64,000 bases of DNA from Escherichia coli (GCF_003019035.1 NZ_CP027447.1), one strand, 5' to 3'; positions 48,152-58,931 are shown, counted from the stretch's first letter. The notes: generated by a model not told the origin, from the letters alone. Program-made: numbers and translations.

Positions 48152-49569
48152 TGAGCCAGTCACTGTTTAGCCAACCGTTGAACGTTATTAACGTCGGCAT
48201 CGCCATGTTTAGCGATGATCTGAAAAAGCAGCATGTAGAAGTGACCCAACTCGACTGGACGCCGCCGGGGCAGGGCAATATGCAGGTGGTGCAGGCGCTG
48301 GACAACATTGCCGATTCGCCGCTGGCAGACAAAATCGCCGCCGCTAACCAGCAGGCGCTGGAACGCATTATCCAGTCGCATCCGGTGCTGATTGGTTTTG
48401 ATCAGGCGATTAATGTGGTGCCGGGCATGACGGCGAAAACCATTCTTCACGCCGGGCCGCCGGTCACCTGGGAAAAAATGTGCGGCGCGATGAAAGGCGC
48501 GGTCACCGGGGCGCTGGTGTTCGAAGGACTGGCGAAAGATCTCGACGAGGCGGCTGAACTGGCGGCTTCCGGGGAGATCACCTTCTCGCCGTGCCACGAG
48601 CATGACTGCGTGGGATCGATGGCGGGCGTCACCTCGGCCTCGATGTTTATGCACATCGTGAAAAACACAACCTACGGCAACATCGCTTACACCAACATGA
48701 GCGAGCAGATGGCGAAGATTTTGCGTATGGGCGCCAACGATCAGAGCGTGATTGACCGCCTCAACTGGATGCGTGATGTGCAGGGGCCAATGCTGCGCGA
48801 CGCGATGAAAATTATCGGCGAAATCGATCTGCGCTTAATGCTGGCGCAGGCGCTGCACATGGGCGATGAGTGCCATAACCGCAATAACGCCGGGACGACG
48901 CTGCTGATTCAGGCGCTGACACCGGGGATTATTCAGGCAGGTTATTCCGTCGAACAACAGCGCGAAGTGTTTGAGTTTGTCGCCAGCAGCGACTACTTCT
49001 CCGGCCCGACGTGGATGGCGATGTGTAAAGCGGCGATGGATGCGGCGCACGGCATCGAATACAGCACCGTGGTGACCACCATGGCGCGTAACGGCGTCGA
49101 GTTCGGCCTGCGGGTCAGCGGCCTGCCGGGGCAATGGTTTACCGGCCCGGCGCAGCAGGTGATCGGCCCGATGTTTGCCGGTTATAAGCCGGAAGATTCG
49201 GGGCTGGATATCGGCGACAGCGCCATCACAGAAACCTACGGTATTGGTGGATTTGCCATGGCGACCGCGCCTGCAATCGTCGCGCTGGTAGGCGGTACGG
49301 TGGAAGAGGCTATCGATTTCTCCCGCCAGATGCGTGAAATCACTCTCGGTGAAAACCCCAACGTCACCATTCCGCTGCTCGGTTTTATGGGCGTGCCGTC
49401 GGCAATCGACATCACCCGCGTGGGCAGCAGCGGCATTCTGCCGGTGATCAACACCGCCATCGCCCATAAAGATGCGGGCGTCGGCATGATTGGTGCGGGC
49501 ATTGTGCATCCCCCCTTCGCCTGCTTCGAGAAAGCCATTCTTGGCTGGTGCGAACGTTACGGCGTCTGA
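48151..49569 (+). CDS. yahG: YahG (DUF1116)
   Basis: 472-aa ORF overlapping the yahF stop. Confidence 0.85.
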   Translation: MSQSLFSQPLNVINVGIAMFSDDLKKQHVEVTQLDWTPPGQGNMQVVQALDNIADSPLADKIAAANQQALERIIQSHPVLIGFDQAINVVPGMTAKTILHAGPPVTWEKMCGAMKGAVTGALVFEGLAKDLDEAAELAASGEITFSPCHEHDCVGSMAGVTSASMFMHIVKNTTYGNIAYTNMSEQMAKILRMGANDQSVIDRLNWMRDVQGPMLRDAMKIIGEIDLRLMLAQALHMGDECHNRNNAGTTLLIQALTPGIIQAGYSVEQQREVFEFVASSDYFSGPTWMAMCKAAMDAAHGIEYSTVVTTMARNGVEFGLRVSGLPGQWFTGPAQQVIGPMFAGYKPEDSGLDIGDSAITETYGIGGFAMATAPAIVALVGGTVEEAIDFSRQMREITLGENPNVTIPLLGFMGVPSAIDITRVGSSGILPVINTAIAHKDAGVGMIGAGIVHPPFACFEKAILGWCERYGV

Positions 49570-49592
49570 CCTGCAAAGTGCGCGTTGTCTCT

Positions 49593-49766
49593 GCCGGATG
49601 CGGCGTGAACGCCTTATCCGGCCTACGGATGGCGCAAGAATCTGTAGGCCTGATAAGCGTAGCGCATCAGGCATTTGTCACCATTGCCGGTTGCGGCGTG
49701 AACGCCTTATCCGGCCTACGAGTGGCGCAAGAATTTGTAGGCCTGATAAGCGTAGCGCATCAGGCA
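49593..49766. repeat. Tandem REP/BIME elements between yahG and yahI
   Basis: Two near-identical ~80-bp units (49593-49672, 49687-49766), each an inverted pair of REP-like sequences (GCCGGATGCGGCGTGAACGCCTTATCCGGCCTAC ... GTAGGCCTGATAAGCGTAGCGCATCAGGC). Confidence 0.8.
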
Positions 49767-49815
49767 ATTTGGCATTGGTCATAACCCCATCACCCTCTGT
49801 AGCGGACATAACAAC

Positions 49816-50766
49816 ATGAAAGAGCTTGTGGTCGTTGCCATTGGTGGCAACAGCATTATCAAAGATAACGCCAGCCAGTCGATTGAGCATCAGGCGGAGG
49901 CGGTGAAAGCCGTCGCCGATACGGTGCTGGAAATGCTGGCTTCCGATTACGACATTGTGCTGACCCACGGCAACGGGCCGCAGGTCGGGCTGGATTTACG
50001 CCGTGCGGAGATTGCCCACGAGCGCGAAGGGCTGCCCTTAACGCCGCTGGCGAACTGTGTGGCGGATACGCAAGGCGGCATTGGCTATCTGATCCAGCAG
50101 GCGCTGAATAACCGGCTGGCGCGTCACGGCGAGAAAAAAGCCGTCACCGTGGTGACTCAGGTGGAAGTGGATAAAAACGATCCGGGGTTTGCCCATCCCA
50201 CCAAGCCCATCGGCGCATTCTTTAGTGAAAGCCAGCGTGACGAACTACAAAAGGCAAACCCTGACTGGCGTTTTGTTGAAGATGCCGGACGTGGCTATCG
50301 CCGCGTGGTCGCCTCGCCGGAACCGAAACGTATTGTCGAAGCACCTGCCATTAAGGCGCTGATCCAACAAGGTTTTGTGGTGATTGGCGCGGGCGGCGGT
50401 GGAATTCCGGTAGTGCGTACTGAAGCGGGGGATTACCAAAGCGTGGACGCGGTTATCGACAAAGATCTCTCTACCGCGCTATTGGCCCGTGAAATTCACG
50501 CCGACATTCTGGTGATCACCACTGGCGTCGAAAAAGTGTGTATTCACTTTGGCAAACCGCAGCAGCAGGTGCTGGATCGGGTGGATATTGCCACCATGAC
50601 CCGCTATATGCAGGAAGGGCATTTCCCACCCGGCAGCATGTTGCCAAAAATCATCGCCAGCCTGACGTTCCTGGAGCAGGGCGGTAAAGAAGTGATTATC
50701 ACCACGCCGGAATGCCTGCCTGCGGCGCTGCGCGGTGAAACGGGCACCCATATTATTAAAACGTAA
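49816..50766 (+). CDS. yahI: Carbamate kinase-like protein YahI
   Basis: 316-aa ORF with carbamate kinase-like N-terminus (VVVAIGGNSI). Confidence 0.85.
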   Translation: MKELVVVAIGGNSIIKDNASQSIEHQAEAVKAVADTVLEMLASDYDIVLTHGNGPQVGLDLRRAEIAHEREGLPLTPLANCVADTQGGIGYLIQQALNNRLARHGEKKAVTVVTQVEVDKNDPGFAHPTKPIGAFFSESQRDELQKANPDWRFVEDAGRGYRRVVASPEPKRIVEAPAIKALIQQGFVVIGAGGGGIPVVRTEAGDYQSVDAVIDKDLSTALLAREIHADILVITTGVEKVCIHFGKPQQQVLDRVDIATMTRYMQEGHFPPGSMLPKIIASLTFLEQGGKEVIITTPECLPAALRGETGTHIIKT

Positions 50767-50775
50767 GGACGTAAG

Positions 50776-52158
50776 ATGAAAGAAAACAATAGCCGCCGTG
50801 AATTTCTGAGCCAGAGCGGTAAGATGGTCACCGCCGCCGCGCTGTTTGGTACGTCTGTGCCGCTCGCCCATGCGGCAGTCTCTGGCACAACCCATTGCGA
50901 CGCGAATAACACCATGAAAATCACTGACCCGCATTACTATCTCGAAAACGTGCTGCTGGAAACCGGTTTTGACTACGAAAATGGCGTGGCGGTGCAGACC
51001 CGCACGGCGCGCCAGACTGTGGAAATTCAGAACGGCAAAATTGTTGCACTGCGCGAGAACAATCAGCATCCGGACGCCACGCTGCCGCACTATGACGCTG
51101 GCGGTAAGCTGATGCTGCCCACCACCCGCGACATGCATATTCATCTCGACAAAACCTTCTACGGCGGGCCGTGGCGCTCGCTCAATCGTCCGGCAGGCAC
51201 CACCATCCAGGACATGATTAAGCTTGAGCAGAAAATGCTGCCGGAACTGCAACCGTACACGCAGGAACGGGCGGAAAAACTGATCGATTTATTGCAGTCG
51301 AAAGGCACCACCATTGCCCGCAGCCACTGCAATATCGAACCGGTTTCCGGCCTGAAAAATCTGCAAAATTTGCAGGCGGTGCTGGCGCGACGTCAGGCGG
51401 GCTTCGAGTGTGAAATCGTCGCCTTCCCGCAGCACGGTTTGCTGCTGTCGAAATCGGAACCCTTAATGCGTGAAGCAATGCAGGCGGGCGCGCATTACGT
51501 CGGCGGTCTGGACCCGACCAGTGTTGATGGCGCGATGGAAAAATCCCTCGACACCATGTTCCAGATTGCCCTTGACTATGACAAAGGCGTCGATATTCAC
51601 CTGCACGAAACCACTCCGGCAGGCGTGGCAGCTATCAATTATATGGTTGAAACGGTAGAGAAAACGCCGCAACTGAAGGGCAAGCTGACCATCAGCCACG
51701 CCTTCGCGCTGGCAACGCTCAACGAACAACAGGTAGATGAACTGGCGCACCGGATGGCGGCGCAGCAAATTTCTATCGCCTCGACGGTGCCGATTGGCAC
51801 GCTGCATATGCCGCTCAAACAGTTGCACGACAAAGGCGTAAAAGTCATGACCGGCACCGACAGCGTTATCGACCACTGGTCTCCCTACGGCCTGGGCGAC
51901 ATGCTGGAAAAAGCCAATCTGTACGCGCAGCTCTATATTCGTCCTAACGAACAGAATTTGTCCCGTTCGCTGTTTTTAGCCACTGGCGATGTATTGCCGC
52001 TCAACGAAAAAGGCGAGCGCGTGTGGCCCAAAGCGCAGGATGACGCCAGCTTTGTGCTGGTGGACGCCTCCTGTTCCGCCGAGGCGGTGGCGCGTATCTC
52101 GCCGAGAACCGCAACGTTCCATAAAGGGCAACTGGTGTGGGGGAGTGTGGCAGGTTGA
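50776..52158 (+). CDS. yahJ: Amidohydrolase/deaminase YahJ
   Basis: 460-aa ORF with Tat-like N-terminus (RREFLSQSG) and metal-dependent amidohydrolase fold motifs. Confidence 0.85.
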   Translation: MKENNSRREFLSQSGKMVTAAALFGTSVPLAHAAVSGTTHCDANNTMKITDPHYYLENVLLETGFDYENGVAVQTRTARQTVEIQNGKIVALRENNQHPDATLPHYDAGGKLMLPTTRDMHIHLDKTFYGGPWRSLNRPAGTTIQDMIKLEQKMLPELQPYTQERAEKLIDLLQSKGTTIARSHCNIEPVSGLKNLQNLQAVLARRQAGFECEIVAFPQHGLLLSKSEPLMREAMQAGAHYVGGLDPTSVDGAMEKSLDTMFQIALDYDKGVDIHLHETTPAGVAAINYMVETVEKTPQLKGKLTISHAFALATLNEQQVDELAHRMAAQQISIASTVPIGTLHMPLKQLHDKGVKVMTGTDSVIDHWSPYGLGDMLEKANLYAQLYIRPNEQNLSRSLFLATGDVLPLNEKGERVWPKAQDDASFVLVDASCSAEAVARISPRTATFHKGQLVWGSVAG

Positions 52159-52455
52159 TGCGCATTTGAAACGCCTGCAACGGTGAATAGTAAGAGATTT
52201 AAGCCCCAGGGAGTGGGGCGGCAATGGTTTGCTAATGAATCATCCTGAACTTTATAATCTCCATGCATAATTTCCAGGGGGGTATTTGAGAGAAATACAC
52301 AAAAGTGAGTTTTAACAAAGATATTTATCAAGCCATAAATGTGACCTGCTTCGGATAAAAAGATTAAACATAGAAAAACCAATGATACTCTTGCTGATGG
52401 TTACCAACAGTAATTAAGATGTGATTTGTTTTTCCGTAATCGCGAAAATATTCTC

Positions 52456-52866
52456 ATGACCATAAAAGAAAAAATCTTACAAAAATATCCCCATGCTTCC
52501 TTTTGTACTTTTGGCGATTCAGCAGCGTTGGCCGATCACCTCGCAACGTTGATTGCGACTGGTGTTAAAACTGCTTCCTGTGGTTCGCTGGCGGGATGTA
52601 TTGAAGACAACATATTTCCGATGATTGGTGAGTATAAGATTGTAGAAAATAGCCGTGGTGAGCCTGTCTGTGTTATCAGAGTGATTGGCCTGCATTTACT
52701 GCGCTTTTCTGATGTCACCGCGGAGCTTGCCCGTAAGGAAGGTGAAGGTGACCTCAGTCTTGAATATTGGCGTAATGAACACCGTCGTTTTTTCCAGGTA
52801 GAAGGAAGTTATTCACCAGAAATGGACGTTATCTTTGAAGAATATGCCCTTATTGACGTTGTGTAG
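52456..52866 (+). CDS. ASCH (PUA-like) domain protein
   Basis: Small ORF; ASCH call is a weak motif-level guess (GVKTAS); start set at MTIKEKIL. Confidence 0.45.
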   Translation: MTIKEKILQKYPHASFCTFGDSAALADHLATLIATGVKTASCGSLAGCIEDNIFPMIGEYKIVENSRGEPVCVIRVIGLHLLRFSDVTAELARKEGEGDLSLEYWRNEHRRFFQVEGSYSPEMDVIFEEYALIDVV

Positions 52867-53116
52867 ATAACTATTTATCTACACGAAATAAGCTCACAAA
52901 CATAAAATATCGCTAATTTTGCTTATTTTGCTATTTTTTACGTGATGAATGTCACACTTATTGTTGCTGCCCGTTTTGTCCATATTTATAACCATATTTT
53001 TAATAGCTGCCTGAAATAGGGCTGTTTATTCTGCATAAAAATATTAGAAAATTCTTATTCTCTCCAGCGCGCTAATTTGGGCGAACACTTCCTGACTACC
53101 CTGCAATGAGGCTGAA

Positions 53117-54103
53117 ATGATGAATAAACGTTTTGTTATCAATATGGTGTCTTCGCTGTTATTAGGCGCTGCGCTAATTTCTGCGCCGCTCCAGGCAGCG
53201 GAAAAAGTCGTGGTGAATATCTCTAAAGTCGATGGTATGCCGTGGTTTAATCGCATGGGCGAAGGTGTGGTTGAGGCGGGTAAAGCCTTTGGTGTTAATG
53301 CGTCACAGGTGGGGCCTTCAAGTACTGATGCTCCGCAACAGGTTAAAATTATTGAGGATTTAATCGCCCGTAAGGTTAATGCAATTACTATCGTGCCAAA
53401 CGATGCCAACGTGCTGGAACCGGTATTCAAAAAAGCGCGAGATGCCGGAATTGTGGTTCTGACCAACGAATCTCCCGGTCAGCCAAGTGCTAACTGGGAT
53501 ATCGAAATCATTGATAACGAAAAATTTGCCGCTGAATATGTTGAGCATATGGCGAAACGCATGGGGGGCAAGGGCGGCTATGTGATTTACGTGGGGAGTT
53601 TGACCGTGCCGCAGCATAACTTATGGGCTGACTTGCTGGTGAAATACCAGAAAGAGCATTACCCGGATATGCATGAAGTTACCCGCCGCATGCCGGTTGC
53701 CGAGAGTGTGGATGACTCACGTCGTACCACACTGGACCTGATGAAAACCTATCCTGACTTGAAAGCGGTTGTCTCCTTTGGTTCAAACGGTCCGATTGGC
53801 GCGGGACGTGCAGTGAAAGAGAAACGGGCGAAAAATAAAGTCGCAGTCTATGGCATGATGATCCCTTCACAGGCGGCATCACTGATTAAAAGTGGTGATA
53901 TCACCGAAGGGATTACTTACGATCCGGCCTCTGCAGGTTACGCACTCGCGGCCGTCGCCAGCACGTTGCTGAAGGGTGAAGAGATCAAACCTGGATTAGA
54001 AATGGAGAATCTCGGTAAGGCCGACGTAGATATGGATAAGCGAATTATCCGTTTCCATAAGGTATTACTGGTCAACAAAGACAATATCGACTCACTTTAT
54101 TAA
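53117..54103 (+). CDS. Periplasmic monosaccharide-binding protein (LsrB/RbsB-like, CUT2 ABC)
   Basis: 328-aa ORF with signal peptide; C-terminus LLVNKDNIDSLY resembles the LsrB C-terminus as I recall it. Confidence 0.75.
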   Translation: MMNKRFVINMVSSLLLGAALISAPLQAAEKVVVNISKVDGMPWFNRMGEGVVEAGKAFGVNASQVGPSSTDAPQQVKIIEDLIARKVNAITIVPNDANVLEPVFKKARDAGIVVLTNESPGQPSANWDIEIIDNEKFAAEYVEHMAKRMGGKGGYVIYVGSLTVPQHNLWADLLVKYQKEHYPDMHEVTRRMPVAESVDDSRRTTLDLMKTYPDLKAVVSFGSNGPIGAGRAVKEKRAKNKVAVYGMMIPSQAASLIKSGDITEGITYDPASAGYALAAVASTLLKGEEIKPGLEMENLGKADVDMDKRIIRFHKVLLVNKDNIDSLY

Positions 54104-54151
54104 TCCATTTCTTCGGGGCGAAAGCCCCGATTCTTATTGCCAGGGGATGCT

Positions 54152-55636
54152 ATGGAAACCTTCCTTTCCCTTCGTCATATCAACAAAACGTTTCATGCCA
54201 CGCGAGCGCTGCGCGATGTTTCTCTCGACTTTATGTCGGGTGAGGTGCACTGCCTTGCCGGGCAAAACGGCTGTGGTAAATCGACGTTGATTAAAATTAT
54301 GTCCGGTGTTTATCGCCCGGATGAGGGGGCGGAAATTACGCTTGGTGGGAAAAACTGGTCAAAGCTGACACCCGCCGCTTCGGTGGCGCAGGGGATTCAG
54401 GTGATTTATCAGGACCTCTCTTTATTTCCTAACCTGAGTGTCTGGGAGAATATCGCCGTGAATCACTATCACCACGGTCTGTTTGTTAACCGACGTCGTC
54501 TGCGTGAGGTGGCGCAGGCGGCAATGACCAGTATTAACGTCACATTGCCATTGGATACGCTCGTTTCTGAGCTTTCAATTGCCCGCTGTCAGCTGGTGGC
54601 AATTTGCCGTGCACTGGCGCAGGACGCACGGTTGATCGTGATGGATGAACCAACCGCTTCGCTGACCCATCAGGAAGTGCAAGGGTTATTACAGGTGGTG
54701 CATCAATTGCGGGAACGCGGGATCTGCGTGGTCTTCGTCAGTCATCGTCTGGAAGAAGTGATGGAAGTTTCCGACCGTATTTCAGTGCTGAAAGATGGTG
54801 AGCTGGTCGGGACTTTTCCGGCTGCAGAGATGACCACAAAACAACTCGGTTTCCTGATGACCGGCCAGGAGTTTGAATATCAGGTGCGAGAGTTGTGGCA
54901 GGGAAAATCCAGCACCCCAGTGCTGGAGGTGCGTAATTTAAGTCGTCATGGGGAATATCAAAATATTAACTTGCGGGTGGAAGCGGGCGAAGTGGTGTCG
55001 ATTGTTGGCCTGCTTGGTGCGGGGCGCACGGAATTATGTCTGAGTCTGTTTGGTATGACCCGACCGGATGCTGGAGAGATCCTCATCAACGGTCAGCCGG
55101 TTACACTGCATAGTAACCAGGACGCCATCCGCCACGGTATTGGTTATGTTTCGGAAGATCGCATGTCGCGCGGTTTGGTGATGGCGCAATCTATTGAAGA
55201 CAACATCATTAGCACTGTTTTTCACAAGGTAAAAGATCGCTTCGGCTTTCTGAGTGAAGCTAAAGTGCGTGACCTGGTGGACAGGCTAATCAAGGCATTG
55301 ACCATCAAAGTCTCTGACCCACATCTCCCGGTGAATACGCTTTCTGGTGGTAACGCGCAGCGAGTATCGATCGCCAAATGGCTGGCGATTGGGCCACGAC
55401 TGTTGATTCTCGATAGCCCGACAGTCGGTGTTGATATCGCCAACAAAGCAGGAATATACGGCATTATCAGCGATCTGGCGGCTCATGGCATTGCGGTATT
55501 GATGATCTGCGATGAAATTGAAGAAGCGTGGTATCAAAGCCACCGTATTTTGGTAATGCAAAAAGGTCAGATCACCCATAGCTTCCTGCCTGACAGCAGT
55601 TCTCAGGCCAGGATTGCGGAGGTGGTAAATGGCTGA
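54152..55636 (+). CDS. Sugar ABC transporter ATP-binding protein, two fused nucleotide-binding domains
   Basis: Walker A GQNGCGKST in the first half, signature LSGGNAQRVSIA in the second. Confidence 0.85.
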   Translation: METFLSLRHINKTFHATRALRDVSLDFMSGEVHCLAGQNGCGKSTLIKIMSGVYRPDEGAEITLGGKNWSKLTPAASVAQGIQVIYQDLSLFPNLSVWENIAVNHYHHGLFVNRRRLREVAQAAMTSINVTLPLDTLVSELSIARCQLVAICRALAQDARLIVMDEPTASLTHQEVQGLLQVVHQLRERGICVVFVSHRLEEVMEVSDRISVLKDGELVGTFPAAEMTTKQLGFLMTGQEFEYQVRELWQGKSSTPVLEVRNLSRHGEYQNINLRVEAGEVVSIVGLLGAGRTELCLSLFGMTRPDAGEILINGQPVTLHSNQDAIRHGIGYVSEDRMSRGLVMAQSIEDNIISTVFHKVKDRFGFLSEAKVRDLVDRLIKALTIKVSDPHLPVNTLSGGNAQRVSIAKWLAIGPRLLILDSPTVGVDIANKAGIYGIISDLAAHGIAVLMICDEIEEAWYQSHRILVMQKGQITHSFLPDSSSQARIAEVVNG

Positions 55637-56600
55637 ACTGAAAAAACGCCATGAATTCTGGCTGGCATTACTGATTGTGGTGCTGTTTGTTGGCCTTGCC
55701 TGGCGCAGCGACGAGTTTCTGACATTCGGTAATTTGTACGATCTCGCCAATAACTATGCCATGTTGACTATTCTCGCCTGTGGTTTGTTTGTGGTGTTGA
55801 TTTCCGGTGGAATTGATATTTCGTTTCCGGCAATGACCATCATTGCGCAATACGGCATGGTGCTGTTGCTACAAAAAATTGGTGGTAACTTTGCTGTCGC
55901 GTTTGCCCTGGCGGGCGGCATCGGCATTTTACTTGGCTTAATTAACGCCTTACTGGTTAATCGCCTACGGGTGCCTTCTATCATCATCACTATCTCGACG
56001 CTGAATATTTTTTATGGCCTGCTGTTATGGTTGAGTAAAGGTGTGTGGCTGTACGACTTTCCGCCGTGGTTTGAGCAGGGGGTAATGTTGTTCAAGTACA
56101 CCGATGCTGATGGCTATGACTATGGCCTTGGTCTGCCGCTGATCGCCATGATTACGGTGGTGCTGCTGACAGCGTTTATCATGAATTTCACCAGTGTAGG
56201 GCGCAAAATTTATGCCCTTGGCGGGAACCGTGAATCCGCCAGTCGCATCGGCTTTAGCGTGCTGAAACTGCAACTTTTCGTCTACGGCTATATGGGATTG
56301 ATGTCTGGTGCTGCGGGTGTAGTGCAGTCGTGGACGGTGATGACTGTCGCCCCCGATTCTCTTCTGGGTTATGAGCTGACAGTACTGGCTGCGGTGGTGC
56401 TTGGCGGCACTAGTTTGCTCGGCGGGCGCGGCACGTTAACCGGTACTTTGCTCGGCGTGGTGTTGTTGGCAGTGATGCAAAACGGGCTAAATTTATTGGG
56501 AGTCTCGTCTTACTGGCAAACATTGATCACCGGCATCATCATCGTTGCCAGCATTAGCGCCACGGCGTGGAGTCAGCATCAGAACCGGAGTCTGCTATGA
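55629..56600 (+). CDS. Sugar ABC transporter permease
   Basis: 323-aa multi-pass membrane ORF, RbsC/LsrC-like. Confidence 0.8.
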   Translation: MAELKKRHEFWLALLIVVLFVGLAWRSDEFLTFGNLYDLANNYAMLTILACGLFVVLISGGIDISFPAMTIIAQYGMVLLLQKIGGNFAVAFALAGGIGILLGLINALLVNRLRVPSIIITISTLNIFYGLLLWLSKGVWLYDFPPWFEQGVMLFKYTDADGYDYGLGLPLIAMITVVLLTAFIMNFTSVGRKIYALGGNRESASRIGFSVLKLQLFVYGYMGLMSGAAGVVQSWTVMTVAPDSLLGYELTVLAAVVLGGTSLLGGRGTLTGTLLGVVLLAVMQNGLNLLGVSSYWQTLITGIIIVASISATAWSQHQNRSLL

Positions 56601-57553
56601 AAAAATCGTGGCGTAATAACGTTGAGTTTTACTTGATCGGCCTGCTGGTGCTAACTGTTGCCGCCTTCAGCATTACTATGCCGGAGATTTTCTGGTCGAT
56701 AAGTAATTTCCAGTCCGTCGCTTCGCAAATGCCCGTGCTGGGCATTCTGGCGTTGGCTATGGCGGTGACCATGCTTTGCGGTGGCATTAACTTGTCAATT
56801 ATTGCCACTGCTAACGCCTGTTCACTGGTGATGGCGTGGGTGGCGACTCAGTATCCACCGGGTATTGCTACGGTTGTCGCTACGTTACTGGCGGGCGCTG
56901 GCGCGGCGGTGATAATCGGTTTATGTAACGGCGTATTGATTGCTGGTATTCGAGTGTCGCCAATTCTTGCAACGCTTGGGATGATGACGTTGCTCAAAGG
57001 GATAAATATTCTGGTGACAGGCGGTAGCGCCATTGCCAATTATCCCTCATGGGTGCTGTGGTTGAATCATGCGCAATGGTTCGGTATTCCGCTACCGATG
57101 TGGTTGTTTGCCGCAGTGGCGCTGGGGCTGTGGATATTGCTGGAGAAAACGCCGCTCGGTAAATCCATTTATCTGATTGGTTCTAACGAACGAGCAACAC
57201 TTTACTCCGGTATTAACACTCGTCGGGTGCTGATTTGGGTTTATGTCATTTCCGCCTTGCTTTGTGCGGTAGCGGCATTTTTGATGATGTCGAAACTCAA
57301 CTCGGCTAAGGCCTCTTATGGCGAATCGTACTTGCTGGTGTCAATCCTCGCGGCAGTACTCGGCGGGGTTAATCCGGACGGCGGCAGCGGGCGGATAATT
57401 GGTATGGTGCTGGCGCTGTTTCTTCTGCAAATTATTGAAAGCGGCTTCAATATTCTCGGTATAAGCCCCTACCTGACGATGGCCTTATGGGGAACGTTGC
57501 TGCTCTGTTTCATTCAGGCTCGCGGCATGTTGGGGCTGGATCGGGTGGTTTAA
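56597..57553 (+). CDS. Sugar ABC transporter permease
   Basis: Second permease; start set at MKKSWRNN. Confidence 0.8.
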   Translation: MKKSWRNNVEFYLIGLLVLTVAAFSITMPEIFWSISNFQSVASQMPVLGILALAMAVTMLCGGINLSIIATANACSLVMAWVATQYPPGIATVVATLLAGAGAAVIIGLCNGVLIAGIRVSPILATLGMMTLLKGINILVTGGSAIANYPSWVLWLNHAQWFGIPLPMWLFAAVALGLWILLEKTPLGKSIYLIGSNERATLYSGINTRRVLIWVYVISALLCAVAAFLMMSKLNSAKASYGESYLLVSILAAVLGGVNPDGGSGRIIGMVLALFLLQIIESGFNILGISPYLTMALWGTLLLCFIQARGMLGLDRVV

Positions 57554-57639
57554 ATATTGGCTATATTCAATGGACGCGTTTTGCCGCGATGACATATCAG
57601 GCATCGCCAAATACACATAGCTAATCAGGAGTAAACACA

Positions 57640-58689
57640 ATGAAGATCAAAGCTGTTGGTGCATATTCCGCTAAACAACCGCTGGAACCGATGGATATCA
57701 CCCGGCGTGAACCGGGACCGCATGATGTCAAAATCGAAATCGCTTACTGTGGCGTCTGCCATTCCGATATCCACCAGGTCCGTTCCGAGTGGGCGGGGAC
57801 GGTTTACCCCTGTGTGCCGGGTCATGAAATTGTGGGGCGTGTGGTAGCCGTTGGTGATCAGGTAGAAAAACATGCGCCGGGCGATCTGGTCGGTGTCGGC
57901 TGCATTGTCGACAGTTGTAAACATTGCGAAGAGTGTGAAGACGGGCTGGAAAACTACTGTGATCACATGACCGGCACCTATAACTCGCCGACGCCGGACG
58001 AACCGGGCCATACTCTGGGCGGCTACTCACAACAGATCGTCGTTCATGAGCGATATGTTCTGCGTATTCGTCACCCGCAAGAGCAGCTGGCGGCGGTGGC
58101 ACCTTTGTTGTGTGCAGGGATCACCACGTATTCGCCGCTACGTCACTGGCAGGCCGGGCCGGGAAAAAAAGTGGGCGTGGTCGGCATCGGCGGTCTGGGA
58201 CATATGGGGATTAAGCTGGCCCACGCGATGGGGGCGCATGTGGTGGCATTTACCACTTCTGAGGCAAAACGCGAAGCGGCAAAAGCCCTGGGGGCCGATG
58301 AAGTTGTTAACTCACGCAATGCCGATGAGATGGCGGCTCATCTCAAGAGTTTCGATTTCATTTTGAATACAGTAGCTGCGCCACATAATCTCGACGATTT
58401 TACCACCTTGCTGAAGCGTGATGGCACCATGACGCTGGTTGGTGCGCCTGCGACACCGCATAAATCACCGGAAGTTTTCAACCTGATCATGAAACGCCGT
58501 GCGATAGCCGGCTCTATGATTGGCGGCATTCCAGAAACACAGGAGATGCTCGATTTTTGCGCCGAACATGACATCGTGGCTGATATAGAGATGATTCGGG
58601 CCGATCAAATTAATGAAGCCTATGAGCGAATGCTGCGAGGTGATGTGAAATATCGTTTTGTTATCGATAATCGCACACTAACAGACTGA
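57640..58689 (+). CDS. yahK: Zn-dependent aldehyde reductase YahK
   Basis: 349-aa ORF with GHE.VG zinc motif and GIGGLGHMG NADP-binding motif. Confidence 0.9.
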   Translation: MKIKAVGAYSAKQPLEPMDITRREPGPHDVKIEIAYCGVCHSDIHQVRSEWAGTVYPCVPGHEIVGRVVAVGDQVEKHAPGDLVGVGCIVDSCKHCEECEDGLENYCDHMTGTYNSPTPDEPGHTLGGYSQQIVVHERYVLRIRHPQEQLAAVAPLLCAGITTYSPLRHWQAGPGKKVGVVGIGGLGHMGIKLAHAMGAHVVAFTTSEAKREAAKALGADEVVNSRNADEMAAHLKSFDFILNTVAAPHNLDDFTTLLKRDGTMTLVGAPATPHKSPEVFNLIMKRRAIAGSMIGGIPETQEMLDFCAEHDIVADIEMIRADQINEAYERMLRGDVKYRFVIDNRTLTD

Positions 58690-58931
58690 AACAATTAATA
58701 AATATCCTGTGGTTTAACATATTAACTTCGCTCTCCACTTAACTTTTTAGTTAAGGAGAGCGAAATAATATCAAAGTAGCAGTAAAACCTATAACGTAAA
58801 TTCAAATTGTTAAATTAACTCCCTCCAGTACACAATACTTCACACGTTAGTTATGAGCGATTTCTGATAGTGCCTGGTTTAATCAGGGCTTTATTATCTG
58901 CGACGTTTATTTTTATTTAAGAGAGATCGCG

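Noticed and set aside
48835-49674. 279-aa minus-strand ORF overlapping yahG and the REP region
   Set aside because: Runs through the REP repeats, is Arg-rich and low-complexity; antisense artefact of yahG.
49593-49766. Possible CRISPR array suggested by the tandem repeats
   Set aside because: Only two units, palindromic REP sequence, no spacer-repeat periodicity and no cas genes; these are BIME/REP elements.
50479-51252. 257-aa minus-strand ORF overlapping yahI/yahJ
   Set aside because: Antisense to two confident plus-strand genes; no recognisable motifs.
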